Notes: generated by a model not told the origin, from the letters alone. 64,000 nucleotides of DNA from an uncultured Clostridia bacterium (GCA_947058385.1 CAMSGQ010000015.1:7692-71691); one strand, 5' to 3'. Shown: positions 19,131 through 27,804, counted from the stretch's first letter. A program made the numbers and translations.

Positions 19131-21010
19131 TGTACATTCATTCTTTCTTCTAGTTTTTCTTTTTGTTGATGAAAATCGAAAAGTGCATAACATATTAAAA
19201 ATGGTGTAATAGCCATAATTGGTAAAGAATAACGAATACTTCCATTTACAGGGCTTGCCATATTTATTAATAAACATAACAACGCTGGTATAAAAAACAC
19301 CAATTTCCTATAATTTTTATTTGTAAAAATAAAGAATACCGCTAAAATTAATAACCAAGTATAACATGCTGGCCGATAAAGCAAATTTATAATTGGAAGT
19401 TTATATTGAATAGAATCAAAATTTTCAATAAGTTTTCTTCCATCCACTCGGTTATCAAGAAAATAAAAATCAAAATCTCCACGGTTTACATAAGAATAAT
19501 TGGTGGCCATTACATAATTACCAATGCTTGTATAGGGAAGACTATTAAGATAAAAATAGCGATATGTACCATGTAGAAAACTTTCTATATAACAAATAGG
19601 ATGTCGCCAAAGTTGCTTCCACCATACAATAAGATATGCTTTTATTTCCTCTGTTGTATTAAAACGCCGGCTTTTTACTGGATCAGAAATATCTGGATTA
19701 TATAGATTTGCTAAGTTCTCGTAATCTAATACTTTCGAAATAATCTCTTTTTCTTTTTCTGTTACATCATTTGGATATTCCTTTACATATCTTGCAGTTT
19801 GTTGAAATGGAACAGATAATGCTTCTCTTATATTTCCTTCTTGAATTCCAAAAACCGAAAGAAAAATAAAATGAAAGACAGCATAAATACCCAATACTCC
19901 AATTAAACTTTCTAACAAATATTTTCTATTTCTTTTAATAAAAAAAACCATACTCAATAAAGTTGGAACTACAATATAGATTCCGTTATTTCTTAATAAA
20001 CAAACCAATAAAGAAGTCGCTACCACTCCTAAGATATGAAGAAAAGAGAACTTTACCTTTGTTATTTCTATATCCATTAAATAAAGAATCCATAAAAGTA
20101 CCGCTAAATAATAAAGGACATCTTTAATTAATGTAATACTATAAATCTGCCAAATACTAAAAAAAGAAAAATATAATAAGATTCCCATTCTCCATTTCCA
20201 TACAATATTCCATTTTTTTAATAAGCAGATACTGTATGCAATAACAGCTGCTCCCACTAGGCTTTGAAACAAAGAATAGAAAAATATTCCTGCATTATCA
20301 CTCCCCCCTATCCATGTTCCAATTTTAAAAATAATCCCCATTATCACGGTAGAAAATACAGGGTGTATATTGCTCCACTCTATACTTCCAATATAAAAGT
20401 CTAACTGTAAAAATCCATCATAAGTTACAACACCAGGATAGAAATAAAATAAATAAGGAATTCGAAATAAAAAATAACATAAAAATGAGAAAATAAAACA
20501 ATGCTTATCTTTTGTGTTATTTTTTAAACAGTTTGTTTTAATTCTATATTTATTATAAAAAATCGATATAGACAACAAAACCATAGAAAAGAAACAAAAA
20601 TATCCTGCCGCAAACAAAAGGGAAAATATAAAATGTTTTAAATTTGAACTTATAAAAGAGATAGTTCCAGCATCTTTTAAACATTTTCCAATCATCATAA
20701 AAATAGAAAAAATACCAGAAAAAATACAATTTATTTTAGATATCTGCCACATATTCTTTTTTAGAAAAAAGAAATAGCATCCTGCTGTTCCAATCGACAA
20801 GAAAGAAGTCTGTAAATCAGAATTTTGTAACAAATAACAAATCTGTGCTACAGCGGCTACAAGCCAAGAATTACTTTCCCCTATTAGATGCTGATAAGTT
20901 TCTTGCATAAGGTTTTTATAAGGAGTGGTAAACGCTAATCCTGTCAAAATTCCCATAAAAACACATAAAATGACAAGACTGCTTTCTCCCATTCTCCTTT
21001 TTTCTTTCAT
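19127..21010 (-). CDS. polytopic membrane protein, probable GT-C-fold glycosyltransferase (YfhO/Gtr-type-specific-like)
   Basis: More than 12 TM helices with loops; start moved to MKEKRRMGESS (21010) with RBS GGAGAG; follows GtrB-like and small membrane-protein genes. Confidence 0.45.
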   Translation of the reverse strand: MKEKRRMGESSLVILCVFMGILTGLAFTTPYKNLMQETYQHLIGESNSWLVAAVAQICYLLQNSDLQTSFLSIGTAGCYFFFLKKNMWQISKINCIFSGIFSIFMMIGKCLKDAGTISFISSNLKHFIFSLLFAAGYFCFFSMVLLSISIFYNKYRIKTNCLKNNTKDKHCFIFSFLCYFLFRIPYLFYFYPGVVTYDGFLQLDFYIGSIEWSNIHPVFSTVIMGIIFKIGTWIGGSDNAGIFFYSLFQSLVGAAVIAYSICLLKKWNIVWKWRMGILLYFSFFSIWQIYSITLIKDVLYYLAVLLWILYLMDIEITKVKFSFLHILGVVATSLLVCLLRNNGIYIVVPTLLSMVFFIKRNRKYLLESLIGVLGIYAVFHFIFLSVFGIQEGNIREALSVPFQQTARYVKEYPNDVTEKEKEIISKVLDYENLANLYNPDISDPVKSRRFNTTEEIKAYLIVWWKQLWRHPICYIESFLHGTYRYFYLNSLPYTSIGNYVMATNYSYVNRGDFDFYFLDNRVDGRKLIENFDSIQYKLPIINLLYRPACYTWLLILAVFFIFTNKNYRKLVFFIPALLCLLINMASPVNGSIRYSLPIMAITPFLICYALFDFHQQKEKLEERMNVQ

Positions 21011-21181
21011 ATTATTTTCTCTCCTTTCAGAAATTCCTCTTTTGGTACTTTTTATTTTTATACCTCTCAGTACAACCGAAATTTCTTTCTTCTTTGTTTC
21101 TGTCAATTATATGAAACGGGCGGTACTGTACCCTCAAATATCATGTAATACATCATATTCTTATCCATAGTCTCCCTGGAT

Positions 21182-21211
21182 TTTATATTGAACAGTAAAA
21201 ATCACTGTCAA
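21182..21211 (-). promoter_or_regulatory. sigma70-like promoter (TTGACA-N18-TATAAA) for the GT-C/GtrB glycosylation operon, located 30 nt beyond the tnpB-like stop
   Basis: Minus-strand reading TTGACAgtgatttttactgttcaaTATAAAat. Confidence 0.4.
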
Positions 21212-21240
21212 TTTTTATTATAAATAACTCATCTAAATTT

Positions 21241-22452
21241 TTATTCTTTCCTATTTTCTTCTTTATAATAGGATAAAAATCTTTTTCCTACATTTCTAGC
21301 GGTATTTAATCCACTATTTCCTTGATGTCCATTCGGGCATAAAAAAAGCTGTCCTCCATAATAATTTTGACTTGGTATATGTCCTGTATTATAACGTTTA
21401 ATTTTTGCACCACATTCATTACAGCAATCTGAAATATGATAAGTTGGAACACGGCTTACAAGAATCCCCTCTGAAAAAGCCTTATATTTTAAATACCGAA
21501 TGACACGTCTGCCAATCCATTCAAAATTATCCGTTTTTAAATACCCCTTTTTCGAAAAATCAATTGTTTTTTGATAATTAGGAATCACAATTATTGTTAC
21601 TCCATTTGCCTTGCAAAACTCTATTATTCTACGACTTGTTCTGTGTGCATAGAATTGATTTAGATTTTCAATTTTTTTCAAGCAATTCTCTTTTTCTTTT
21701 CCTATTTCTCTTTCCCATTTCCTTTTCCATTTTTTCTTTTTTGCTTTTAATTCCAATCCACCTTGAAAAAACATCGTCTTTTCTAAATCACCATTTTTCC
21801 TTAGAATCGCTCCAACTGCAATACTATTATTTCCTGGAAATGATAAAGCAAGTACTTTTTCTACCTCTTTTATTTGCTCTTTTACAGGATGAATTCCTAC
21901 TATTTGTTTTCGAATTGGTATCTGTAAATATGCCTGTTTTTGACTTGCATCAATAATTGGTGATAATACTTCTACATTCTCTGGTAATTGACGCCCAGTA
22001 AAACGATAACGACTCCATTTCCATTTTTCTTTTGTATAAACTTTTAATAAAATAGAATCTTCTTTTCGCTCTTTATACATTCCTTTATAGTAAACTGGAG
22101 CAGCAAAAAAATTTTCTGCTTTAAATAAAATATTGCTTCTTGCCATACCAATTGCACAATTAATGGCAGCTCTTCTAAAATACAATGGGATTACTGGAAA
22201 ATCAATAAAAGGAAAACTGGCTTTTTCTTTCGCTTTTTGCATCTCCTTCGTTCCTATTGTGGCTACTTCTAATTTACGCATTAAATTAAAATTACTTATT
22301 GTAAGCCACTCTGGATATGTAGTTAATAAATCATAATAATGTTTTACTACTTTGTTATATAAAATTCTTGTTTCAAAAAGCCAATCCAAATGCTTATCAT
22401 AAAAACGAAAACGATAGGTTATTGTGATTGTTCCATTCTTTTCTTCTACCAT
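21241..22452 (-). CDS. TnpB (IS200/IS605 OrfB)-like protein with all three RuvC catalytic residues substituted: candidate nuclease-dead, TldR-like RNA-guided regulator
   Basis: 403 aa; N-term YRFRFY...RILYNKVV (OrfB N-term); RuvC-I position VLALSFPGNNSIAVG lacks Asp; RuvC-II TIIVIPNYQ lacks Glu; zinc-finger CCNECG...CPNGH followed by NSGLNTARNV instead of D.D.NAA.NI. Confidence 0.75.
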   Translation of the reverse strand: MVEEKNGTITITYRFRFYDKHLDWLFETRILYNKVVKHYYDLLTTYPEWLTISNFNLMRKLEVATIGTKEMQKAKEKASFPFIDFPVIPLYFRRAAINCAIGMARSNILFKAENFFAAPVYYKGMYKERKEDSILLKVYTKEKWKWSRYRFTGRQLPENVEVLSPIIDASQKQAYLQIPIRKQIVGIHPVKEQIKEVEKVLALSFPGNNSIAVGAILRKNGDLEKTMFFQGGLELKAKKKKWKRKWEREIGKEKENCLKKIENLNQFYAHRTSRRIIEFCKANGVTIIVIPNYQKTIDFSKKGYLKTDNFEWIGRRVIRYLKYKAFSEGILVSRVPTYHISDCCNECGAKIKRYNTGHIPSQNYYGGQLFLCPNGHQGNSGLNTARNVGKRFLSYYKEENRKE

Positions 22453-22482
22453 ATGAAATTCCTTTTTTAGTTTCCTATTGTT

Positions 22483-22515
22483 ACTCTATGTTTTCATAAA
22501 GTATGCTACTCTATG
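22483..22515. repeat. 29-nt palindromic hairpin element (13-bp stem, 3-nt loop), copy 1, ~30 nt upstream of the tnpB-like start
   Basis: gttttcataaagtaTGCtactctatgaaaac. Confidence 0.7.
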
Positions 22516-22521
22516 AAAACA

Positions 22522-22558
22522 AAAATTCTCCATTAAAAATAGAGAATTTTTGTTTTTT
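22522..22558. terminator. bidirectional terminator-like hairpin (9-bp stem) with flanking A/T tracts
   Basis: aaaattctc-cattaaaaata-gagaatttt followed by tgtttttt. Confidence 0.4.
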
Positions 22559-22568
22559 GACCAAAAAA

Positions 22569-22656
22569 TTGACGATCCATTTCTTATTTTTTCTTTTCTT
22601 TCAATAGAGATTTTGTTATCAAATCAATCCTTGTTTTTGACGATTTTTTTGACGAT
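22569..22656 (+). repeat. three copies of TTGACGAT (two as tandem 13-mer tttttgacgattt) in the tnpB-like/pyrD intergenic region
   Basis: 22569-76, 22637-44, 22649-56. Confidence 0.6.
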
Positions 22657-22910
22657 TTATTTTTATTTAAAAAAACGGGAAAAGGGAAACACTTTTATTT
22701 GAATATTTTTTGAATATAGATTCTTCTAAATTAAGAAACAATAGATAGCACTCTCTGCAAATTATTCGACAATAAATGTCATTGCCAATAAATAATTTTT
22801 GAAAAAAATATAAAGCTTTTTTACTATTTGGAGATTGGAACAACAAAATATCTACTATTTTCCAATCTCCATCAAAAATCGTCATTTCTTTTTACAAAAA
22901 GAATTCTCTC

Positions 22911-22939
22911 TTGACAAATCCCTTAAGAAAGGTTATCAT
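22911..22939 (+). promoter_or_regulatory. near-consensus sigma70 promoter on plus strand (TTGACA-N17-TATCAT) reading into the copy-2 hairpin and antisense to the pyrD 3' end
   Basis: ttgacaaatcccttaagaaaggttatcat; also part of the inverted repeat TTGACA...TGTCAA. Confidence 0.45.
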
Positions 22940-22969
22940 GTCAAACAGAGATATAACCCAATCAAACTT

Positions 22970-23000
22970 ATTTTCATAGAGTAGCATACTCTACGAAAAC
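22970..23000. repeat. 29-nt palindromic hairpin element, copy 2 (2 mismatches to copy 1), immediately after the pyrD stop
   Basis: ttttcatagagtaGCAtactctacgaaaac. Confidence 0.7.
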
Positions 23001-23001
23001 T

Positions 23002-23904
23002 CTATTTTACACATCCTACTAACTCTCCAATCTCATTTACCCCATGTTTTTTCATATACTGTTCTATTCCTTCTATAACTTCCAAAGTAGCAGTAGGACA
23101 AAAGAAATTTGCTGTTCCAACAGAAACTGCTGTCGCACCAGCTAGTATAAATTCTATCGCATCTTCTGCTGTTTGGATTCCTCCCATTCCAATCACGGGA
23201 ATCTTTACTGCATTTGCTGCCTCGTAAACCATACGTACTGCCACTGGTTTTATTGCTGGCCCTGATAAGCCACCTGTCTTATTTGCTAAGGCAAATGTTC
23301 TCTTTTCAATATCAATTTTCATTCCAGTCAATGTATTAATCAAAGACAACGCATCTGCTCCCCCTGCCTCTGCTGCCTTTGCCATATCTGCAATACTAGT
23401 AACATTTGGACTTAATTTCATAATAATTGGCTGTTTTGCACGTTTTTTCAATTCTTTTGTAATCGCTTCTACTGCTTTTGCATCTTGTCCAAAAGCAATT
23501 CCCCCTTCTTTTACATTTGGACAAGAAATATTGATTTCCATTAGATCAATTTCTTCTTCTGCAAGACATTCTACTACTTCACAATAATCTTCTGTTGTCT
23601 TTCCACATACATTTACAATAATCTTTGTATCATATTGTTTTAAAAATGAAATATCTCTCTTTCGAAATACATCGATTCCTGGATTTTGCAGTCCAATTGC
23701 ATTTAACATTCCACCATAAGTTTCCGCAATTCTTGGTGTTGGATTTCCAGGCCACGGTACATTTGCTACCCCTTTTGTCACAACTGCTCCTAATCGATTT
23801 AAATCTACAAAATCACAATATTCTGCTCCCGATCCAAATGTTCCAGAAGCTGTCATAACTGGGTTTTTTAATTCTACACCTGCAATGTTTACTTTCGTAT
23901 TCAT
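23002..23904 (-). CDS. pyrD: dihydroorotate dehydrogenase catalytic subunit (class 1B)
   Basis: MNTKVNIAGVELKNPVMTASGTFG...; FMN-binding TIM barrel motifs. Confidence 0.9.
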   Translation of the reverse strand: MNTKVNIAGVELKNPVMTASGTFGSGAEYCDFVDLNRLGAVVTKGVANVPWPGNPTPRIAETYGGMLNAIGLQNPGIDVFRKRDISFLKQYDTKIIVNVCGKTTEDYCEVVECLAEEEIDLMEINISCPNVKEGGIAFGQDAKAVEAITKELKKRAKQPIIMKLSPNVTSIADMAKAAEAGGADALSLINTLTGMKIDIEKRTFALANKTGGLSGPAIKPVAVRMVYEAANAVKIPVIGMGGIQTAEDAIEFILAGATAVSVGTANFFCPTATLEVIEGIEQYMKKHGVNEIGELVGCVK

Positions 23905-24686
23905 TAAAGTTCCACCTCCTCCGCATCAAAAACTGGCCCATCTTTACAAATCCGCTTATTATGTACATGGGAATGTTCATCTACTTCCTTTGATTGACAG
24001 ACACAAGCCAGACATGCGCCTATTCCACAAGCCATCTTTTCTTCCAGAGAAATCTGTGCTGGAATTCCTTTTTCTTTTGCATAACTTTGTACTGCCCGAA
24101 GCATTGGTGTTGGCCCACAAGCATAGATCTGTTCTGCTTCAAAATGTTTTCCTTGAATTACATCTAATACATTTCCTTTGATTCCTGCACTTCCATCTTC
24201 TGTTGAAATAGAAACCGTTCCATACTGTTTTAATTCTTCTATCAAAAATAATTCTTTTCCATTTCGATACCCTAATATAATTTCTTTCTCTCCCTGCAGT
24301 CTTTTTGCAAGTTCCAACAATGGTGGAATTCCAATTCCTCCTCCAATTAGATATGCCTTTTTATGTTCTTTTAATCGATACCCGTTCCCTAAAGGCCCCA
24401 TAATATCCAATCTATCACCACTCTTGTAAGAGGAAAACTCTTTTGTTCCCTCTCCCACAATCCGATAAACCACTCGGAGCCTGTTCTGTTCTTTTTCTAC
24501 TTCACAGATACTAATTGGTCTTGGAAGAAGTCTAGAACCTTCTTTACAATAGATAGAAAGGAACTGCCCTGGCTGCGCAGCTTTCGCAATAGATTCTGTT
24601 TGGAACCAAATACTATAAATATTGGTTGCAATTTTATCTTGTTTTATAATAACTGCCTGTTCTTTCCATTTCCATTGATTCTCCAT
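23904..24686 (-). CDS. pyrK: dihydroorotate dehydrogenase electron-transfer subunit
   Basis: FAD/NAD-binding ferredoxin-reductase fold plus C-terminal 2Fe-2S Cys motif (CGIGACLACV); overlaps pyrD start by 1 nt. Confidence 0.85.
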   Translation of the reverse strand: MENQWKWKEQAVIIKQDKIATNIYSIWFQTESIAKAAQPGQFLSIYCKEGSRLLPRPISICEVEKEQNRLRVVYRIVGEGTKEFSSYKSGDRLDIMGPLGNGYRLKEHKKAYLIGGGIGIPPLLELAKRLQGEKEIILGYRNGKELFLIEELKQYGTVSISTEDGSAGIKGNVLDVIQGKHFEAEQIYACGPTPMLRAVQSYAKEKGIPAQISLEEKMACGIGACLACVCQSKEVDEHSHVHNKRICKDGPVFDAEEVEL

Positions 24687-24728
24687 ATCAACATTTTCCT
24701 TTCCATTTTATTTCTGTATCTCTATCTT

Positions 24729-25652
24729 TTATTTCGAAAGTGCTTCATTAATGTCAGTAATCATGTCTATTACTGCTTGACGTGCTGCATCTGCATAATG
24801 CTCCTCGCCAAACAAAGCATACTTTTCATTTTTATAAGCTGCAATAATTCCCCGAGAAGAATTTACAATAGCTCCCAATCCATCTTTATGGAAATAATGT
24901 ACCAAATCTTGTGCTTTTCCGCCTTGTGCTCCATATCCTGGTACCAAAATATAAGTTTTTGGCATTAACTTGCGAAGAACTTTTCCCATCTCTGGATAAG
25001 TAGCCCCTACTACAGCACCAATATAACTATACGTTTCTCCCATATGTGCCTCTCCCCATTTGGCCACTTGTTCCCCCACTAATTCATACAAAGGTTTGCC
25101 ATCAACCAGTTTGTCCTGAAATTCTCCACTAGAAGGATTTGATGTCTTAACTAAAATAAATAATCCCTTTTTTTCCTCTTTACATACATCTAAAAATGGC
25201 TGAACTCCATCTGTACCAAAATAAGGATTTACTGTAGCAAAATCCTCATTAAAAACAGAATATCTTTTATTTCCTATCTGTACTTTTCCTAAATGGGCTT
25301 CTGCATAAGCAGCAGAAGTTGAGCCAATATCTCCTCTCTTTATATCTCCAATTACTACTAATCCTTTTTCTTTTGCGTAGGCACAAGTCTTTTGAAATAC
25401 TTTTAATCCTTCCAGTCCAAACTGTTCATACATTGCAATCTGTGGCTTTATTGCAGGAATCAAATCAAAAGTCGCATCAATAATTCCTTTATTAAACTGC
25501 CAAGCTGCTTCCGCTGCCGCTTCTAACGTCTCTCCCATTTCTGCAAATACTTTACTGCAAATTTCTTTTGGAATATAATTCATCATTGGATCTAAGCCTA
25601 CTACAATTGGTGCATTTGTCTTTCTAATTTTTGCTACTAATTGGTTAATCAT
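24729..25652 (-). CDS. pyrF: orotidine 5'-phosphate decarboxylase (type 2)
   Basis: 307 aa; VVGLDP...GDIKRGDIGST motifs. Confidence 0.8.
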   Translation of the reverse strand: MINQLVAKIRKTNAPIVVGLDPMMNYIPKEICSKVFAEMGETLEAAAEAAWQFNKGIIDATFDLIPAIKPQIAMYEQFGLEGLKVFQKTCAYAKEKGLVVIGDIKRGDIGSTSAAYAEAHLGKVQIGNKRYSVFNEDFATVNPYFGTDGVQPFLDVCKEEKKGLFILVKTSNPSSGEFQDKLVDGKPLYELVGEQVAKWGEAHMGETYSYIGAVVGATYPEMGKVLRKLMPKTYILVPGYGAQGGKAQDLVHYFHKDGLGAIVNSSRGIIAAYKNEKYALFGEEHYADAARQAVIDMITDINEALSK

Positions 25653-25768
25653 TCTTTTTCTCCTTTTGCCTTTTATTCTATTTTTAACATTTTAGCATAA
25701 AGAAAGTATCCATTCAAGAAATCCCAAAAAATTATTTTAAAAAATAGATTTCCTTAAATAAATTAATT

Positions 25769-26020
25769 TTACTTAAACAGCCTTTGATATCGTTTTTTTA
25801 CTTTATTATATTCCTCTTCCGTTACAGGTTCTTCATTTATAAAATAGGTAGTTTCCTCTATATGCTCTAATCCAAAAGAAAGACTCTGTTCTATCTCTCC
25901 CTCTTTATAATCATAGATTATTCTTTCTGAATAATACCCCCAAATCCTCCAAAAGTTCCACTTACATACTTCCATTCCACTACAAAACAATAGTAATATC
26001 AATAAAATATAGTTTATCAT
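25769..26020 (-). CDS. small exported/membrane-anchored hypothetical protein
   Basis: 83 aa, N-terminal hydrophobic segment. Confidence 0.35.
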   Translation of the reverse strand: MINYILLILLLFCSGMEVCKWNFWRIWGYYSERIIYDYKEGEIEQSLSFGLEHIEETTYFINEEPVTEEEYNKVKKRYQRLFK

Positions 26021-26047
26021 TTAGCCTCCACTTTTACACAATTTTTC

Positions 26048-26659
26048 TTAATAAAAAACATTTTCTTCTGAAATCACCTGATAATGTCCATCTTTATACT
26101 CTATAATAATGACATTGCAATTCTTCTGAAACCCACCTGACCAAAATTGTTCTTTTCCATGTTGCTTTACATACATCATAATTGCCTTATTAATGGCTCC
26201 ATGCGCCACAATCATAATACGTTCCAATCCCTTTTTTTCTAATGGCTCAATTTCATCTTGCATAAAGCCCGCTGCTCTTTTTCCAGCATCTTCTAATCGT
26301 TCTCCTCCTTCTGCCGGAACATACAGCCCAGGTTCTTCAAAAAACTGATTTACCAATTTTCTTTCCTTCTCTGTCATCTGTTCCATAATCTTTCCTTCCA
26401 ACACGCCAAACCCTATTTCTCGAATCCTTTTATCTTGAACTACGGTAATCGGTCTTCCAGCCATAATCCATTCTGCTGTTTCATAAGCCCTTTTTAACGT
26501 ACTAGCATATACAACATCAAATCTTACTTTCCAAAGATTCTTTCCTGTTTCCTTTGCCAAACGCCGTCCTTCCTCATTTAATTCAATATCAGAAGTACCC
26601 TGAAGCCGTTTTTCCTTATTCCAAACAGTTTCCCCATGTCGTACCAAATAAATCTCCAT
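26048..26659 (-). CDS. histidine phosphatase family protein (phosphoglycerate-mutase-like)
   Basis: LVRHGETVWN catalytic RHG motif. Confidence 0.8.
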   Translation of the reverse strand: MEIYLVRHGETVWNKEKRLQGTSDIELNEEGRRLAKETGKNLWKVRFDVVYASTLKRAYETAEWIMAGRPITVVQDKRIREIGFGVLEGKIMEQMTEKERKLVNQFFEEPGLYVPAEGGERLEDAGKRAAGFMQDEIEPLEKKGLERIMIVAHGAINKAIMMYVKQHGKEQFWSGGFQKNCNVIIIEYKDGHYQVISEENVFY

Positions 26660-26748
26660 TTTCTTATTCCATCCTTTCCCTTTTGTCTATCCTATCATAA
26701 CACAATCCATTCTTATTGCAAACAAAATCATAAAAGATTCTTTACAGA

Positions 26749-26776
26749 GTAAAAAGACGGCACTTTTTCAGTGCCG
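26749..26776 (-). terminator. rho-independent terminator after the XRE regulator gene
   Basis: cggcact-ttttc-agtgccg stem-loop followed by T-tract on minus strand. Confidence 0.5.
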
Positions 26777-26998
26777 CCCTAACAATTTTTCATTTTCATC
26801 CTCAACATATTCAAGAATATCCCCTGGTTGACATTCTAAGACTTTACAAATTGCATTTAATGTGCTAAAACGAACAGCCTTTACTTTTCCTGTTTTCAAG
26901 TAAGAAAGATTAACATTAGATATACCAACCTCTGCCGCTAAGTCATTAAGCCGCATTTTTCTGTCCGCCAGCACTCGATCAAGCCGAATAATAATCAT
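26768..26998 (-). CDS. XRE-family HTH transcriptional regulator
   Basis: 76 aa; LNDLAAEVGISNVNLSYLKTGK Cro/C1-type HTH. Confidence 0.8.
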   Translation of the reverse strand: MIIIRLDRVLADRKMRLNDLAAEVGISNVNLSYLKTGKVKAVRFSTLNAICKVLECQPGDILEYVEDENEKLLGRH

Positions 26999-27621
26999 AA
27001 TGTGTGATCCACCTCATCCTGCAAATGCACCCCATAATGGATGATATATGCAGCTACAATAAAAGCAATGCTGGGAATAAGTTTATAAAACATAGTCTGC
27101 CCTGTAGAAATGGACATTCGACCATCAGATACAAGGTTGATAAACCAGCAAATCAACAGTTTAATAAATGGAACAAAAACAGCCACTGAAAATTGGAGAA
27201 GCCCATAATAAAGCAAATAGGAGGAGTTTTGTTCTGTGAAAATTTGCTCTTTATTTATATTGGAAAATACACGGCTCAAAAACCAGAAAGCCAAAATCAT
27301 AGGAACTACATGAACAGCATATATGAGAGAAAGTCCTATTTGAATTGTCAGCTCAATCTGATCATTGTCATTCGTCCATACATGAATATTATCGCCCAAA
27401 TAAACTGTCATACTGCGGGAATGTGAGTTGTGATTTTCTTCGGCATAAATTGCTCGTTCAAATATTCCCATTTTTGTATGTAAACAAAAAGTTTGTCTTC
27501 CCATAAAACTAAGGATCGTACATAGAATATAAAAGCAGATTACAAAATAACAAGCAAATTTCATAAAACAAGCAGCAGGTTTCGCAAATTCTTTCTTTGT
27601 GAGTTTTTGAATAAATTTCAT
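26995..27621 (-). CDS. DUF2975-like membrane protein (usual partner of small XRE regulator)
   Basis: 208 aa, 4 TM; 4-nt overlap with downstream XRE gene. Confidence 0.5.
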   Translation of the reverse strand: MKFIQKLTKKEFAKPAACFMKFACYFVICFYILCTILSFMGRQTFCLHTKMGIFERAIYAEENHNSHSRSMTVYLGDNIHVWTNDNDQIELTIQIGLSLIYAVHVVPMILAFWFLSRVFSNINKEQIFTEQNSSYLLYYGLLQFSVAVFVPFIKLLICWFINLVSDGRMSISTGQTMFYKLIPSIAFIVAAYIIHYGVHLQDEVDHTL

Positions 27622-27735
27622 TGTTTATCACCTCAAACTTATGATAGCAAAAAATTTCAAATTTGTCAATAATATTTTAATGACAAACATTAAATTATTA
27701 TTGATAAACTTGATATTCGAAAGAAAGTCACTACT

Positions 27736-27776
27736 AAAAAATGGCGTACCTCAACTAAGCACGCCATTTTTTATTA
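27736..27776 (-). terminator. bidirectional rho-independent terminator downstream of trpS
   Basis: aaaaatggcgt-13 nt loop-acgccattttt. Confidence 0.6.
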
Positions 27777-27804
27777 ATATAAAGATGTACTATCTATTGT
27801 TCTA

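Noticed and set aside
21011-21106. N-terminal 32 codons of the annotated 659-aa membrane protein ORF (MTETKKKEISVVLRG...)
   Set aside because: Overlaps the promoter/leader; internal Met MKEKRRMGESS has a proper RBS (GGAGAG), so the longer start is likely spurious
21241-22452. Intact IS200/IS605 transposable element
   Set aside because: No tnpA (Y1/HuH) gene nearby and TnpB catalytic residues are replaced; treated as domesticated/degenerate rather than a mobile IS
22667-22885. 72-aa ORF inside the hairpin-flanked intergenic segment
   Set aside because: No RBS, Cys/Phe-rich low-complexity product, and not TnpA-like (no HuH motif); region better explained as noncoding/regulatory
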